This document shows positions 1 to 11,370 of a stretch of 64,000 bases of DNA, piece by piece. The notes under the pieces were generated by a model. It did no database searches. It saw only the letters and a program-made list of their open reading frames with translations, and was not told the origin of the DNA. The position numbers were made by a program, and so were the translations under genes. Every line of letters begins with the position of its first letter. Position 1 is the stretch's first letter. Source of the stretch: Octopus vulgaris (Eukaryota); the NCBI GenBank assembly GCA_951406725.2, contig OX597815.1:74896001-74960000 (forward strand), written 5' to 3'.

Positions 1-649
1 CAACAACAACAAAAAAGGAAGAAGAAGAAGAATCAGCGACACCGTCACCATCACCAACAGATACAGCAACATCACCGCTACCAGCAGAACCAGCAAAAAT
101 ATTTCGCCCTGCTGATGAAGCGGACCCGACAGCCATCCCCTTTCCGGATCAGGACAGCTCGGATTGTGCGAGCACTGATACCGAGAAAGGGGAATGGCAC
201 ACAGTGCCTCCAAAAAAGAAAAGGAAGAAAAAACAAAAGGACACACAGGGGAAGCACGAATAAATAGTACTTCCAAACATCATCAATAACAACAACAACA
301 CACACTCACAACAACATTTTCGACACCACTACTACCACTGCCACACACACCAACACCAACAGACTCGATTACAGCAATAAATACAAAGAATGAAAAACTC
401 GTTGCATACCTAAAAGACAAAACAAGTACAAACATAACAGATTTCGTTATACCAACACACAACACACCACCAGCACACATTCTCACAATCAAAATCAACG
501 CAACAACGTACAGTGACATAAAACAAATATTCCCTAACGATGTAGGATCGCTAGGGAAAAGTTTCTCAAAGAAACTATTTAAAAATATAATTGAAGCACC
601 TGTGCAAAAGCACAAGGGAGCCATCCCCACCACCAACAACAGTAAGTAG
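1..649 (+). pseudogene. C-terminal part of Tx1 ORF1, low complexity and interrupted
   Basis: Frame 1 reads QQQQKKEEEEESATPSPSP...GEWHTVPPKKKRKKK to a stop near 264. A further T/N-rich reading ends at TAG 647-649, just before the ORF2 ATG at 693. Confidence 0.6.
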
Positions 650-692
650 AGCCTTTTTCTCCTTTTATTTTTTTTCTTTCCACCTTTGAAAC

Positions 693-3600
693 ATGGCAAA
701 ACTTAGAATCGGTTGCTTGAATGTGAGAGGCCTCGGGTCACCTTGGAAACAGGGTCACCTGTTAAACGACCTGAGGTTTCATGATGTGGATGTAGCAGCC
801 ATCATTGAAACCAGGCTCTCCGACCCGCAGGAACTCGCAGCCCTTTTCGGCGGATACGAGATATTTCTATCTCCGTGTCGGCCGGGAGCGGGCGGTGGTG
901 GTACTGCGGTGTTGTTTCGGAAGGGCCTGAACTTGAAAATAAGGACAGTCTTCCTGGATCCGGAAGGTAAGTTGGTAGTCCTCGACGTAGACGGTAGTGA
1001 CGGCGGTGCTTTCAGACTGCTGGCTGCCTACGCTCCGACAGGAGCAGGGCAGTCGGATTATTTCAAACGTCTGGAAGTTTTCCTGGGAACGTCACGCACT
1101 CTAGTGCTAGTTGGGGATTGGAACGCTGTCTTAGACGAACGTTTCGATCGGGTGGGCAGGGGAGCGTCTGATAGGAGAGGAGGGTGCAAGAGCCTCGCCA
1201 ACCTACTCGGACGCTTTCAGCTGTCCGACAGGTTTCGACTAGACAACCCGAATGTGCCAATGTGGACTTGGACCAATCGCATCGGGTCGTCTAGATCGTA
1301 CTTAGATAGAGTGTTTTGTAGGCCAGTGGATAAGGACAGCATAGGGTGTCCACAATTCCACCTAGTCGACTACACGGACCGCAAATTCGTGATCTGTACG
1401 GTCGACTTAGATATGCTACATAGACAGGGACCCGGCTACTGGAAGCTGAACGCATTAACAGCATGCAAAGCTTACAGAGACCGGATTAGTTTACTAGTTA
1501 AGCGGGCGCTCGCGGAGACAAGCATCAACAACAACTGGTGATTTGCCCTCAAGAGTAGAGTCGATTAGGTTTAGTAAGACTCTAGCTATTGAACGTAGGA
1601 AGAGAGCGCGGGATTTAGTTAAGAAATTAGACGAGGCTCTTGAGACTGGCATCGCGACCGTGGTGTTGGCGGCAAGGTTGGCCCTCGACCAACACTTTGA
1701 CGCTAAAAACACAGGGGCTGCGTTGTCAGAGCTAAGGCACGTTCACTAAGCGGGGAGGGGACTAGAGCCGCTCGATGGGCCCGCGTGGCGGAGGCGAAGC
1801 GAGGCAACAAAGCAACCATTCGGTCTTTGGTGGACCAGAACGGGCGCGAGGTTACCGAACCGAAGCAGATGTGTACGGTGTTTCAGCGGCACTTTGCTCA
1901 ACTGTTTGGAACGAGCGGTGGAATGCACAATGGTGCAGACTTCGGTGTGTACCTGGACGGCCTACCGCAACTCTCGGACAGCGAGGCAGAGTGCTGCGAA
2001 GGACCGATATCTGCCTGGGAAGTGGAGGAAGCGATGAAGAGTTGCACGAGAGGTAGATCGCCGGGTTTGGATGGTCTGCCCTACGAGCTTTACACTTCAA
2101 TGCCAGACTTGTTTGCGGGCCTGTTGGCAAACGTCTACTGCAACTGGCAGCAAAACGGGAGAATTCCTGCTTTTGTTTGTCGAGGGGTGGTGGCTTTGCT
2201 AAAAAAGGACCCAAACAAGGGGGACGTCATAGGGAATTTTCGGCCCATCACTCTGCTCAATGCAGAGTTGAAGATTTTGGCCAAGGTGCTAGCCAAGAAA
2301 CCAGGTCGATACACGACAACCTCCATCGACCAGGTCGATACACGACAACCTCCATCTCATGCGCTACATCATAGAGAGGGTGGGTAACGACGCTGGCGCG
2401 GGTGGGGCTTTAATCAACTTAGATCAGAGTAAAGCCTTCGATAGGGTCGACCATCGGTACCTGGCAGCTGTTCTCAAGGCAGCCGGCTTCGGTCCAGTCT
2501 TCCGCGGGTGAATCGCTGCTTTATACAGCAACATCTGCTCGGTGATACGGGTGAATGGTCACCTTTCGGAACCGTTTGACATCTCGCGTTCGGTCCGCCA
2601 AGGATGCCCTCTCTCCTCCCTCTTGTACATATTGACTCTCGAGCCATTACTGCGCAAGTTGAAGGCTTTGAGGGGTATCCCGCGCGATCTAGGAGGCGGA
2701 AACAGCGTGTCTGCTTATGCCGACGACGTCACCGTGATGGTGTCGATCCACAGGCACATTGGCCTGATTGGCGAGACACTAAACGAGTACGAATCGGTGA
2801 CAGGGGCAAAGATTAACGCGGAAAAGTCTGTGGGCTTGCAACTGGGCACCTGGAGAGGCAAGCCCATGCCGTCCAACAGCGTCGTAGGGCGCTGGACAGA
2901 CGGACCCGTTAAACTGCTCGGGGTCTGGTTCGGTCCGGACCTCCACGTGGGTAAAAACTGGGAAGAAGTGACGAGCAGGGTGGCACATCTCACCCAGAAA
3001 TGGGACGAGAGGAAGCTGTCCCTGAAAGGTCGAGCGGAGGTGGCGAATGCATACATCGCATCCGTCATCTATTACCGCTTGACCGTCATCCCTTGTCCCA
3101 ACCGCTGGTTGGCCAAGCTGGTACGCCTGCTCTTCGACTTTTTGTGGAAGGGTCAGGTGCCACTGGTCAAGCGATCCATCTGCTGTCAACGACCGCTGAA
3201 CGGAGGCCTTGGCATGCCGTGGTTACTGATGCGCAGACATGCGCTCATGCTGCGACATCTCAAGCGTTTCCTAGGCGGTGATCAGGTGTGGTCGTCTTTT
3301 GTCAGACGCGACTTTCCGCAGCTCGTCTCTTTGACAGAGCTGCAGACCTGGATCAAACGTAGACCGAGAAAGGGCGCTTGGCACCTCGAGTGCCGTCAAG
3401 CTCTCTCCGCCCTCCGCCAGGCGGGCAATGCGATCGGTTTTAGTTCCACTCTAGCGTTCTATAGAGGGTTAGTGGAGGGAAAATGCGACGACGTTCTCGG
3501 GGAAACTAGGCGTTGATGATAACGAACTGAGCGGTCTGTTCGTAAGGACCTTCGGGCCGGGGCCAATGGATAATTTCCAGAGGTCGCTCGCCTGGCAGTG

Positions 3601-4081
3601 CTACCGAGGGGCTCTGCTTGTTCGGGATAAACTCTACCGGCACGGAAGTGCCGTCAGCCGGGCCTGCCCGAGGTGTTGCCAGGACGACGAAACCGTTCTA
3701 CTCGCACTCGTCCAGTGCCCGAGTATTGCTGAACTATGGGTTTATGTCGAACAGCTACTGTTGCGTATAGGACGGATCCGGCTATCAGCCGAATCCATAC
3801 TGAAGATTGCCCCGCCGACCTCCTTTAACAAGGAGGGCGAGGCCGTTTTCCTGTGCCTAGTGGCTGTGGCGAAAGAGATTATATGGTGGACCCGTTTGAA
3901 AGGGCTAAAGTCAGACACTTTCCTCTTTGGTCAAGGCCTCATCAACTTTTTCAAGTTTCACTTGAAAAGGAAGATGAGGTTAGAGAGGAGAGTGCTGTCC
4001 GATAGCAAGTTTTCTGAAAGGTGGGTGAATTGTGCGAGAATGGCCAGTATAAATGGACCAATTCTCAGGTTTCGCCTGTGA
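693..4081 (+). pseudogene. Tx1 ORF2 (APE endonuclease, reverse transcriptase, zinc knuckle), disrupted by stops and frameshifts
   Basis: Motifs in successive ORF fragments: LNVRGL, GDWNA, SYLDR, GYWKLN, SPGLDGLPYELY, FRPITLLN, RQGCPLS, YADD, GGLG, CPRC...ETVLLALVQC. Confidence 0.93.
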
Positions 4082-4346
4082 TTGAAAAAGGTTTTATAAA
4101 AGTAGAAAGGGGCTCTCTACCCCCCCCCTCCTTTGACCAGGCTCCCGTTGGCTTTTATGGGTTTTTTTCCACCAGGAACCATTCGAAGCGCCTCCCCCTA
4201 TTGGGAGTTTTTCATTGTTACAATCTTTCGTTGTTGAACAGTTTTTACTCTTCAAAAACGGACAAAGCCCTTTATAACCTTTCGTCCTGTTTTGTCCCTT
4301 TATGTTTACTAATCATGTGTGTCAGCCCTTGTGGCCAATAAAAAGA

Positions 4347-4515
<169 letters not shown>

Positions 4516-4689
4516 TAATTGCCAACCAGGTGTGGCGTCCTATATGGGACAATGCTACTGGCGTTTATAGCCCTAGGAAGACATCTCTTCCAGAATGTGT
4601 GTCGTTAGCCAGCTGGAAGAGATGTCTTCCTGAGGCTATAAACGTCAGTACCACTGACATTTATGACACTGACACTTGGTTGGCAATTA
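4516..4689. repeat. Imperfect foldback element between microsatellites
   Basis: TAATTGCCAACCAGGTGT pairs with ACACTTGGTTGGCAATTA. Inner arm TACTGGCGTTTATAGCCCTAGGAAGACATCTCTTCCAG pairs with CTGGAAGAGATGTCTTCCTGAGGCTATAAACGTCAGTA. Confidence 0.85.
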
Positions 4690-4701
4690 TATGTTACGAT
4701 G

Positions 4702-4766
<65 letters not shown>

Positions 4767-5507
4767 AGCAAAAGGCCCCTACCCCGTCCAATGGACGGTG
4801 CTGAGTTGTCAAACATTTAAACCAAATTTTCTCAAAACAATTTGTCCGATTGTCCCATAGGCCTCCCCTTTGAGAAACACTGATTTAACCTAAATTTGAG
4901 ACACCAGCAAAAGAAGAAATAAAGATAAACTTTTTTTTCTATTCCAAAGAAAAACGATTTTATTCACACAAATATGCAACCGAAAAGTTTAAAATACCAG
5001 TAATGATAAGGCTGTTGTCTGGGAGAACACAAACATGGTTTAAACAGTAAGCTTGGCAGGAAAGAAACGTGCCTTTAAGCAGTACAAAACAACAAAAAAT
5101 GGAAGGTGCAGTTATATACAGGTTGACGGAAGAAAAGCAGGACAAAAACAGCTTTATCGATCGCATTCTCACCTGGAATCGATTTTTGTAATTTTTTCAA
5201 GACTTATACATGCCCTGATACCGTCAGTATCTACATATCAAATTTGAGCGCAATCGGATGGAGGATGCCCGAGATCCGAGAAGACACACACACACACAAA
5301 CAGAACGGATTTTATATAAGACTTAGTAATTTTAATATTTCTATTATATATATATATATACAATAAAAATGGTAAATAATTTTTCAGTGGTTTTTCATAT
5401 AACCAACAATTATTTACCGGTAAATTTCGGTATGTAAATATGACAAATTCATCGTCAGGAACTTTTGTAAAGTTCAGTATATAGTAATAATAATTAAAAG
5501 GGCAAGC

Positions 5508-5657
5508 AACAGGCTGCTTCGCCGCATACCGAAGGAATTAGAAATGGCAGTCTTTGACTGTTTTTTCCAGTCTTTGACTGTTTTTTCCAGTCTTTGACTG
5601 TTTTTTCAGTCTTTGACTGCCATTTCTAATTCCTTCGGTATGCGGCGAAGCAGCCTG

Positions 5658-5659
<2 letters not shown>
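5508..5659. repeat. Hairpin with perfect 45-bp arms and a loop of tandem 20-mers
   Basis: 5508-5552 is the exact reverse complement of 5615-5659. The centre is about 3.5 copies of CAGTCTTTGACTGTTTTTTC. Confidence 0.95.
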
Positions 5660-5738
<79 letters not shown>

Positions 5739-6604
5739 CACATATATGTTATGTGAACGATATTTTAAAACAAACGGGTTTAATATTCAATTAATATATA
5801 TACTTATATATGTGTATGCGAAACTGGTAAACTAAATACAATTATAAGATTAAAATTTGTAGTTTTATTTTGATTAAAATACTAACGTCTTAACAATAAA
5901 ACCTTTGGACGCAGTTCACCTGCATACATTCAGCGTTTGTTGTGTTACGCTGCTTTTCCCAGCATGACCGATGAGAGAAATTGCATTTTACTATGTGAGA
6001 CTCGTAGGCCCTGTACCGTCAGAAATGACGGCTAATTGTAGTATTTTATATATGAATAGGATACAAAATAATAATCACAGATACAAACATTCACATACCT
6101 CCCTTGTACACGCACACACATATACTCACACAGAGTTGAAACGCTGTTTGATTTTTCTTTTTAGCATTGAATGTTCACCACCTCACTTCCATTTCACACG
6201 CACACACACACACAAGTATTCACATGACTCCCTTTTACATACACACACATATACTCACGCAGAGTTGAAACGCTGTTTGATTCTTTTTCACCGTAGAACT
6301 TCCATCATCCCACTACCGAGTTTGCCATCACCCTTTCCTTCCTTATTCATCTATTACCCTTTCGTTTCTCATCCATATGTTGTGGCGGAGAAAGACACAA
6401 GAATATTATTGTAGTAGATGTCCCAAATATTAGGTATTCCAATTTTTCGGTCCTTTGCTTCGATAAACGGATTCGAGATTTTATTTAAATGTTTCAATAC
6501 ATTTAAAGCTAAAATTAGTTTGTTGATACCATTTCTTTTTCTTTTAAAGAAAGAAATAAAATTCTTCAACCATTTTTTTCTGTAAAATAAATAAATAAAT
6601 AAAC

Positions 6605-6810
6605 AGGCGGCATGGCTGTGAAGGTAAGAAGCTTATTTCCCAACTACATGGTTCTGGATTCTGTCCCACTGCGTTGGCATCTTGGGCAAGCGTCTTCTAC
6701 AATAGCTTCTAGCCTACCAAAAACATGTGAATGGATTCGGCAGACGGAAACTGAAAGAAGCCCGTCGTGTATGTATGTATGTATGTATGTATGTATGTAT
6801 GTATGTATGT
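6605..6810 (+). mobile_element. SINE family A (tRNA-derived), 5' half
   Basis: GGCATGGCTGTG..GTAAGAAGCTT..TTCCCAAC head, ending GGAAACTGAAAGAAGCCCGTCG plus (TATG)n. Matches many copies in the window. Confidence 0.85.
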
Positions 6811-6857
6811 ATTCTCGTGCATATAACTACATTCTAGACATACTCATATATATATAT

Positions 6858-7119
6858 AAATGATGAACGTCTGGAAAGTTATACAGATTTTTATAGTTCC
6901 AGTGATGGATTGGATTTGTAGTCTTCGAATCAGCTTTCTCCTTTCTGATTTTGAGAAGCCTAATTTTTCAAGATTGCTAATTAGACAGTGTGTTACATAT
7001 TCCAGTGCCCCAATCATTACACGTATAAACCTGAACTTGTAATCTGGGTAGAGTAACTGCAGATTTCTCAATAGGTCAGCGTTGGCAGTTCCTTTTCTCC
7101 TGATCTTTAGCTTTATGTT
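6858..7119 (-). pseudogene. RLE-type (R4/Dong-like) non-LTR retrotransposon ORF, final segment
   Basis: Reads NIKLKI...LRNLQLLYPDYKFRFIRVMIGALEYVT...LQIQSITGTIKIC, the end of a restriction-like endonuclease domain. Continues the fragment at 7680-8010. Confidence 0.75.
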
Positions 7120-8045
7120 ATTTTCCTTTATGGCAAAAAAACTGAGCGGCTAAATATCAAAGTTGAGAAAATGTTTAAACTTCAAACTGTATGTATATAT
7201 TGTACCGTTTAAAATAAACGTATGTAAGGGTTAGGGTTAGGGTTATTTGAAAGAAATAAAATGTTTTAAACCGATTATAAAATGCACTGTAAGTAGTTAC
7301 TTCGCATCAGACGCAAATTTGCCGTATTTCAGTAAACATAGCTTATTCCGTAACAATACTTTTACTTTAACCCTAATAGATACATTCTAAAACTTAATCC
7401 TAACTAAAGCACAGCTCTTAAACTTTAAATTATATTTTCTAAACGTCTCCGTCGTTGATTTTTTCTTATTGGTGTGATGCAGCTGTCTCGCATACGAGAA
7501 TGCCTATTTTATTCGTATATGAAAATTTTTTTTTTTAGAATTAATTATTAAGAAGTTTTAGAATCTTAGTTAAAAACTGAAGTAGATTACAGTTTTTTGT
7601 CATTGCTGAATTTATATAGTTTTTGCCGTTATTATTATCAGTGCGTAAAAGGACAGCGATGTAGGAAAAGTGTGATAACCTATACAGATTTTATGGAGTT
7701 AACACCGAAGATATCATCCACATCATAAGCAGTTGTCCAAAAATATCATCACGTTATTTATCTAACGATGAGACATGATGTAGCTAAGGACACTGTATAA
7801 TGAGATCCGTCGAAAGGATAACCGCGAGGACAAAGAAATAAGAACCCACAGTATGGTGGAAGCCATAACCACTCATAATAAAAAGGAGTACTGGTGGAAT
7901 GTCCCAGTGAAATTTCAATAAAATGTAAACAAAATAGACCTGACATAAGGATTTGGGATAGAAATGAAAAACTGTGCACAGTTGAGGAAATCTGCTGCCC
8001 TGCTGATGTTAGCCGCTCAGTTTTTTTGCCATAAAGGAAAATAAC
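7117..8045. other. Inverted segment bounded by perfect 37-bp inverted repeats
   Basis: 7117-7153 (GTTATTTTCCTTTATGGCAAAAAAACTGAGCGGCTAA) is the exact reverse complement of 8009-8045. Confidence 0.9.
7680..8010 (+). pseudogene. RLE-type LINE ORF segment (zinc knuckle remnant and start of the PD-(D/E)xK nuclease)
   Basis: Frameshifted reading EDIIHIISSCPK..RHDV...KEYWWNVPV...NRPDIRIWDRNEKLCTVEEICCPADV. Confidence 0.75.
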
Positions 8046-8438
8046 TCTGCTGATAAGCTATATCTAATTACTTCTCTTTGACTGTTACATTTTGACTTAC
8101 CCATGCTTGTTTGAGACCGTGAGAGTGGAAGAGACATTAAAGAATAATAAACGGGACAGAATAAGATCATATGACAAAACAAAGACAGAAAAAAAGCGAA
8201 AAATGATATTTGTCACAACTGAAATCTTTTGTCAGACGTTCAGAGGCTCGGAAAGACGTAACTGCACGAATTCCACACCGAAACGTGGATATATTTTGAC
8301 CTGATAAAGTCGGTCAGAGTGTACTAAAATATATATTTGGCATATTTTTAAAACACGTCATTGGGTGAGATACAGCCTTGAGATTAATAATAACCAAAAA
8401 CTAAGCGATATATATATTTATATATGTATGTATGTATA

Positions 8439-8496
<58 letters not shown>

Positions 8497-8509
8497 TACA
8501 CACACATAC

Positions 8510-8544
<35 letters not shown>

Positions 8545-8687
8545 TGAGTAGGGGTAAAACAGAAATTTACCCAGAATTCATTAAACAAATAAGAAAATAG
8601 AGAAGATGATCAACTGACGAATAGCCTGTAGATATTCGTAGGGGTATTAGGATGTGGTTTTTGTTAATAAGTAATAATATAATACTA

Positions 8688-9000
8688 AGAGTGGTTGTAT
8701 ACTGTCAACTTAACGTGACAGTAAGGGAGTTACACCACCGCTGTTTAGCCCTAGGAAGCATCGACGACGCTTCCTGTCGGCCTCGACACATTTCCTGTGT
8801 CCTTATATATTTATGAAGGGAGACAAATACCCCAACAACAGGCCTAGCTGTTGGGGGTATTTGTCTCCCCTTTGTAAATATATAAGGACACAGGAAATGT
8901 GTCGAGGCCGACAGGAAGCGTCGTCGATGCTTCCTAGGGCTAAACAGCGGTGGTGTAACTCCCTTACTGTCACGTTAAGTTGACAGTATACAACCACTCT
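8688..9000. repeat. Long palindrome with perfect 126-bp arms
   Basis: 8688-8813 is the exact reverse complement of 8875-9000. The 61-nt centre also pairs imperfectly. Confidence 0.97.
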
Positions 9001-9452
9001 ATCGCCCACCACCGTACATATCTCTGTGAGATATTTAAAAATTTTATATTTCTGATAATACTAAGATTTTACCCAAATTATTCTTTCATTGATTTCCCCA
9101 AACAAGTTCACATTAGTTAACTTACTCAGTTCTTTTTATGATGCTTATTAAATAGCAGTTAGCCTCTAACTTTTGACCCTTGTGATATGAACCATCCCAT
9201 TAAACTCACTCCACAACATCTTACCCTCGTTAGTTCCCCCAGTAAAATCGAAATAGGATGTAACTCTTATAACCTGTGGAAATTACTCCTGGAAGTGACT
9301 TTCTTTACCATAAGATGTAATCCCATGGATTATGGACATCACCTTAGAATTGACGTTTTTACCATTCCTTACTATTTCTATTATGTTATTATTTTATTTT
9401 ATTTTATTATTTTACCTTACTTCCTCATATGTTAGATTCCTAACATTACAAT

Positions 9453-9596
9453 CTCTCTGATGAAGCTCTAGGGCTCAGGTATTGTTCAACCCCTGTCCAA
9501 TGTTTGTTCAACATTTGTAAAATCCCTGTATATTACTGGCAAAATGTGGAAAACTTGGCAGATTGGGCAAACCCATAATAGAAATAGCTGTAAGAG
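9453..9596 (+). ncRNA. Putative type I hammerhead ribozyme with extended stem II
   Basis: CTCT-CTGATGA-[117 nt, partly self-complementary]-GAAA-TAGCTG-TA-AGAG. Stem I is CTCT/AGAG and stem III is near-palindromic. Confidence 0.55.
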
Positions 9597-9789
9597 CTTA
9601 GTATTTTTTCGCTTATTTATTTGTTTATTTTTATTTATCTATTTATTTACTTGTTTATTTGCTTATTTCATTTGTTTTTTTTTTATTACTTATACATATG
9701 ATTGTAATCAATTAATAAATAGATATAAATGAATGTCTACAGGCTGATGTTTATTGATTGATTATCCTCTCCATTTTCTTCTTTACCTG

Positions 9790-10135
9790 TGATTGAGAAG
9801 CTTGCTTCCCAACCACATGGTTCCAGGTTCAGTGCCACTGCGTGATACCCTCGGCAAGTGTCTTTTACTATAACCTCAGGCCGACCAAAGCCTTGTGAGT
9901 AGATTTAGCAAATGGAAACTGAAAGAAGCCCATCATATGTGTGTGTGTGTGTGTTTATACCACTTCCATCTCTTGACAACCGATGTTGGTGTGTTTACAT
10001 CCCCATAACTTTGAGGCTCAGCAAAAGTGACTGACAGAATAAGTACCAGGTTTACAAAGAATAAGTACTGGGGTTGAATTGTTTGATTAAAGCCGATGCT
10101 CCAGCATGGCCGTAGTCAAATGACTAAAGATAAGA
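9790..10135 (+). mobile_element. SINE family A, nearly full length
   Basis: Head, internal (TG)n, GATAGAATAAGTAC-like core, tail GCTCCAGCATGGCCGTAGTCAAATGACT. Confidence 0.88.
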
Positions 10136-10282
10136 GATTACTCCGGGCTCGCATTTGGTAAGAAGTTGAAAATTTTTTGGCTCATGACACTCCATGGACC
10201 CTAAGTAAGGCATGTTTAAAACTTGAATGAAATCGGTTGGGTTGTTCTCGAGTTTTGTGATATATATATATATATATATATA

Positions 10283-10698
10283 CTCTTTTCTCTTTTACTC
10301 TTTTACTTGTTTCAGTCATTTGACTGCGGCCATGCTGGAGCACCACCTTTTAGTCGAGCAAATCGACCCCGGGACTTATTCTTTGTAAGCCCAGTACTTA
10401 TTCTATCGGTCTCTTTTGCCAAACCGCTAAGTGACGGGGATGTAAACACACCAGCATCGGTTGTCAAGCAATGCTAGGGGGACAAACACAGACACACAAA
10501 CACACACATATATATATATATATACACATATATACGACGGGCTTCTTTTCAGTTTCCGTCTACCAAATCCACTCACAAGGCATTGGTCGGCCCGGGGCTA
10601 TAGCAGAAGACACTTGCCCAAGATGCCACGCAGTGGGACTGAACCCGGAACCATGTGGTTGGTTAGCAAGCTACTTACCACACAGCCACTCCTGCGCC
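10283..10698 (-). mobile_element. SINE family A, full length, CpG-rich (probably young)
   Basis: Complete from the GGCGCAGGAGTGGCTGTGTGGTAAG head to the (GAGTAAAA)n-like tail. Confidence 0.92.
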
Positions 10699-11195
10699 TA
10701 TAGTTATTTTTTTAAAGTTGCCTTGTCTATATGTTGAAACACATACAGAAACAAGCACAGACACAGATAGACAGACAGACAGACAGATAGACACACACAC
10801 ACACACACACCAAAAGAAATAAAAATAATTATATATATATATATTAATATATACATATAGTTATGTTTGGAAATTTGTGTTCTGTTGTATTGAATTACAC
10901 TTAAAATTCCCACGCTTTTAATCAATTCCCACCTGTCTATCTATATATATATATATATAGATTTTTCACACACACTCTGTTTCTCTCTCTATCTCTCTTT
11001 CTCTCTCGCTCCTTCTCTCTTATCTCTCTCTCTCTCTCTCAAAAACCTTTTCTCCTCCCTTCTTTTATTCAAAGTCAGTATTGTATTTTTCCTTCCTTCT
11101 CAAAGACATAGAAGCACACATACATACACACACAAACATACATACATACCCTACACAGAAAATACACAAGCCTAGACACACGCACACATATTTTT

Positions 11196-11370
11196 AGGTG
11201 TAGGAGTGGCTGTGTAGTAAGAAACTTGCTTCCCAACAACATAGTTCCCAGTTCAGTCCCACTGCATGGCACCTTAGGTGGGGCCTTGTGAGTGAATTTG
11301 GCAGATGGAAACTGAAAGAAGCCCATCGTATGTATATGTGTACCTGTGTGTGTGTGTGTGTGTGTGTTTT
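11196..11370 (+). mobile_element. SINE family A, 5' half with an internal deletion
   Basis: Similar to 10283-10698. Confidence 0.8.

Noticed and set aside
283-699. 138-aa hydrophobic minus-strand ORF
   Set aside because: Antisense shadow of the A/C-rich Tx1 ORF1.
5548-5619. CRISPR-like short palindromic repeats
   Set aside because: No unique spacers, no cas genes, eukaryotic context. It is a simple tandem 20-mer.
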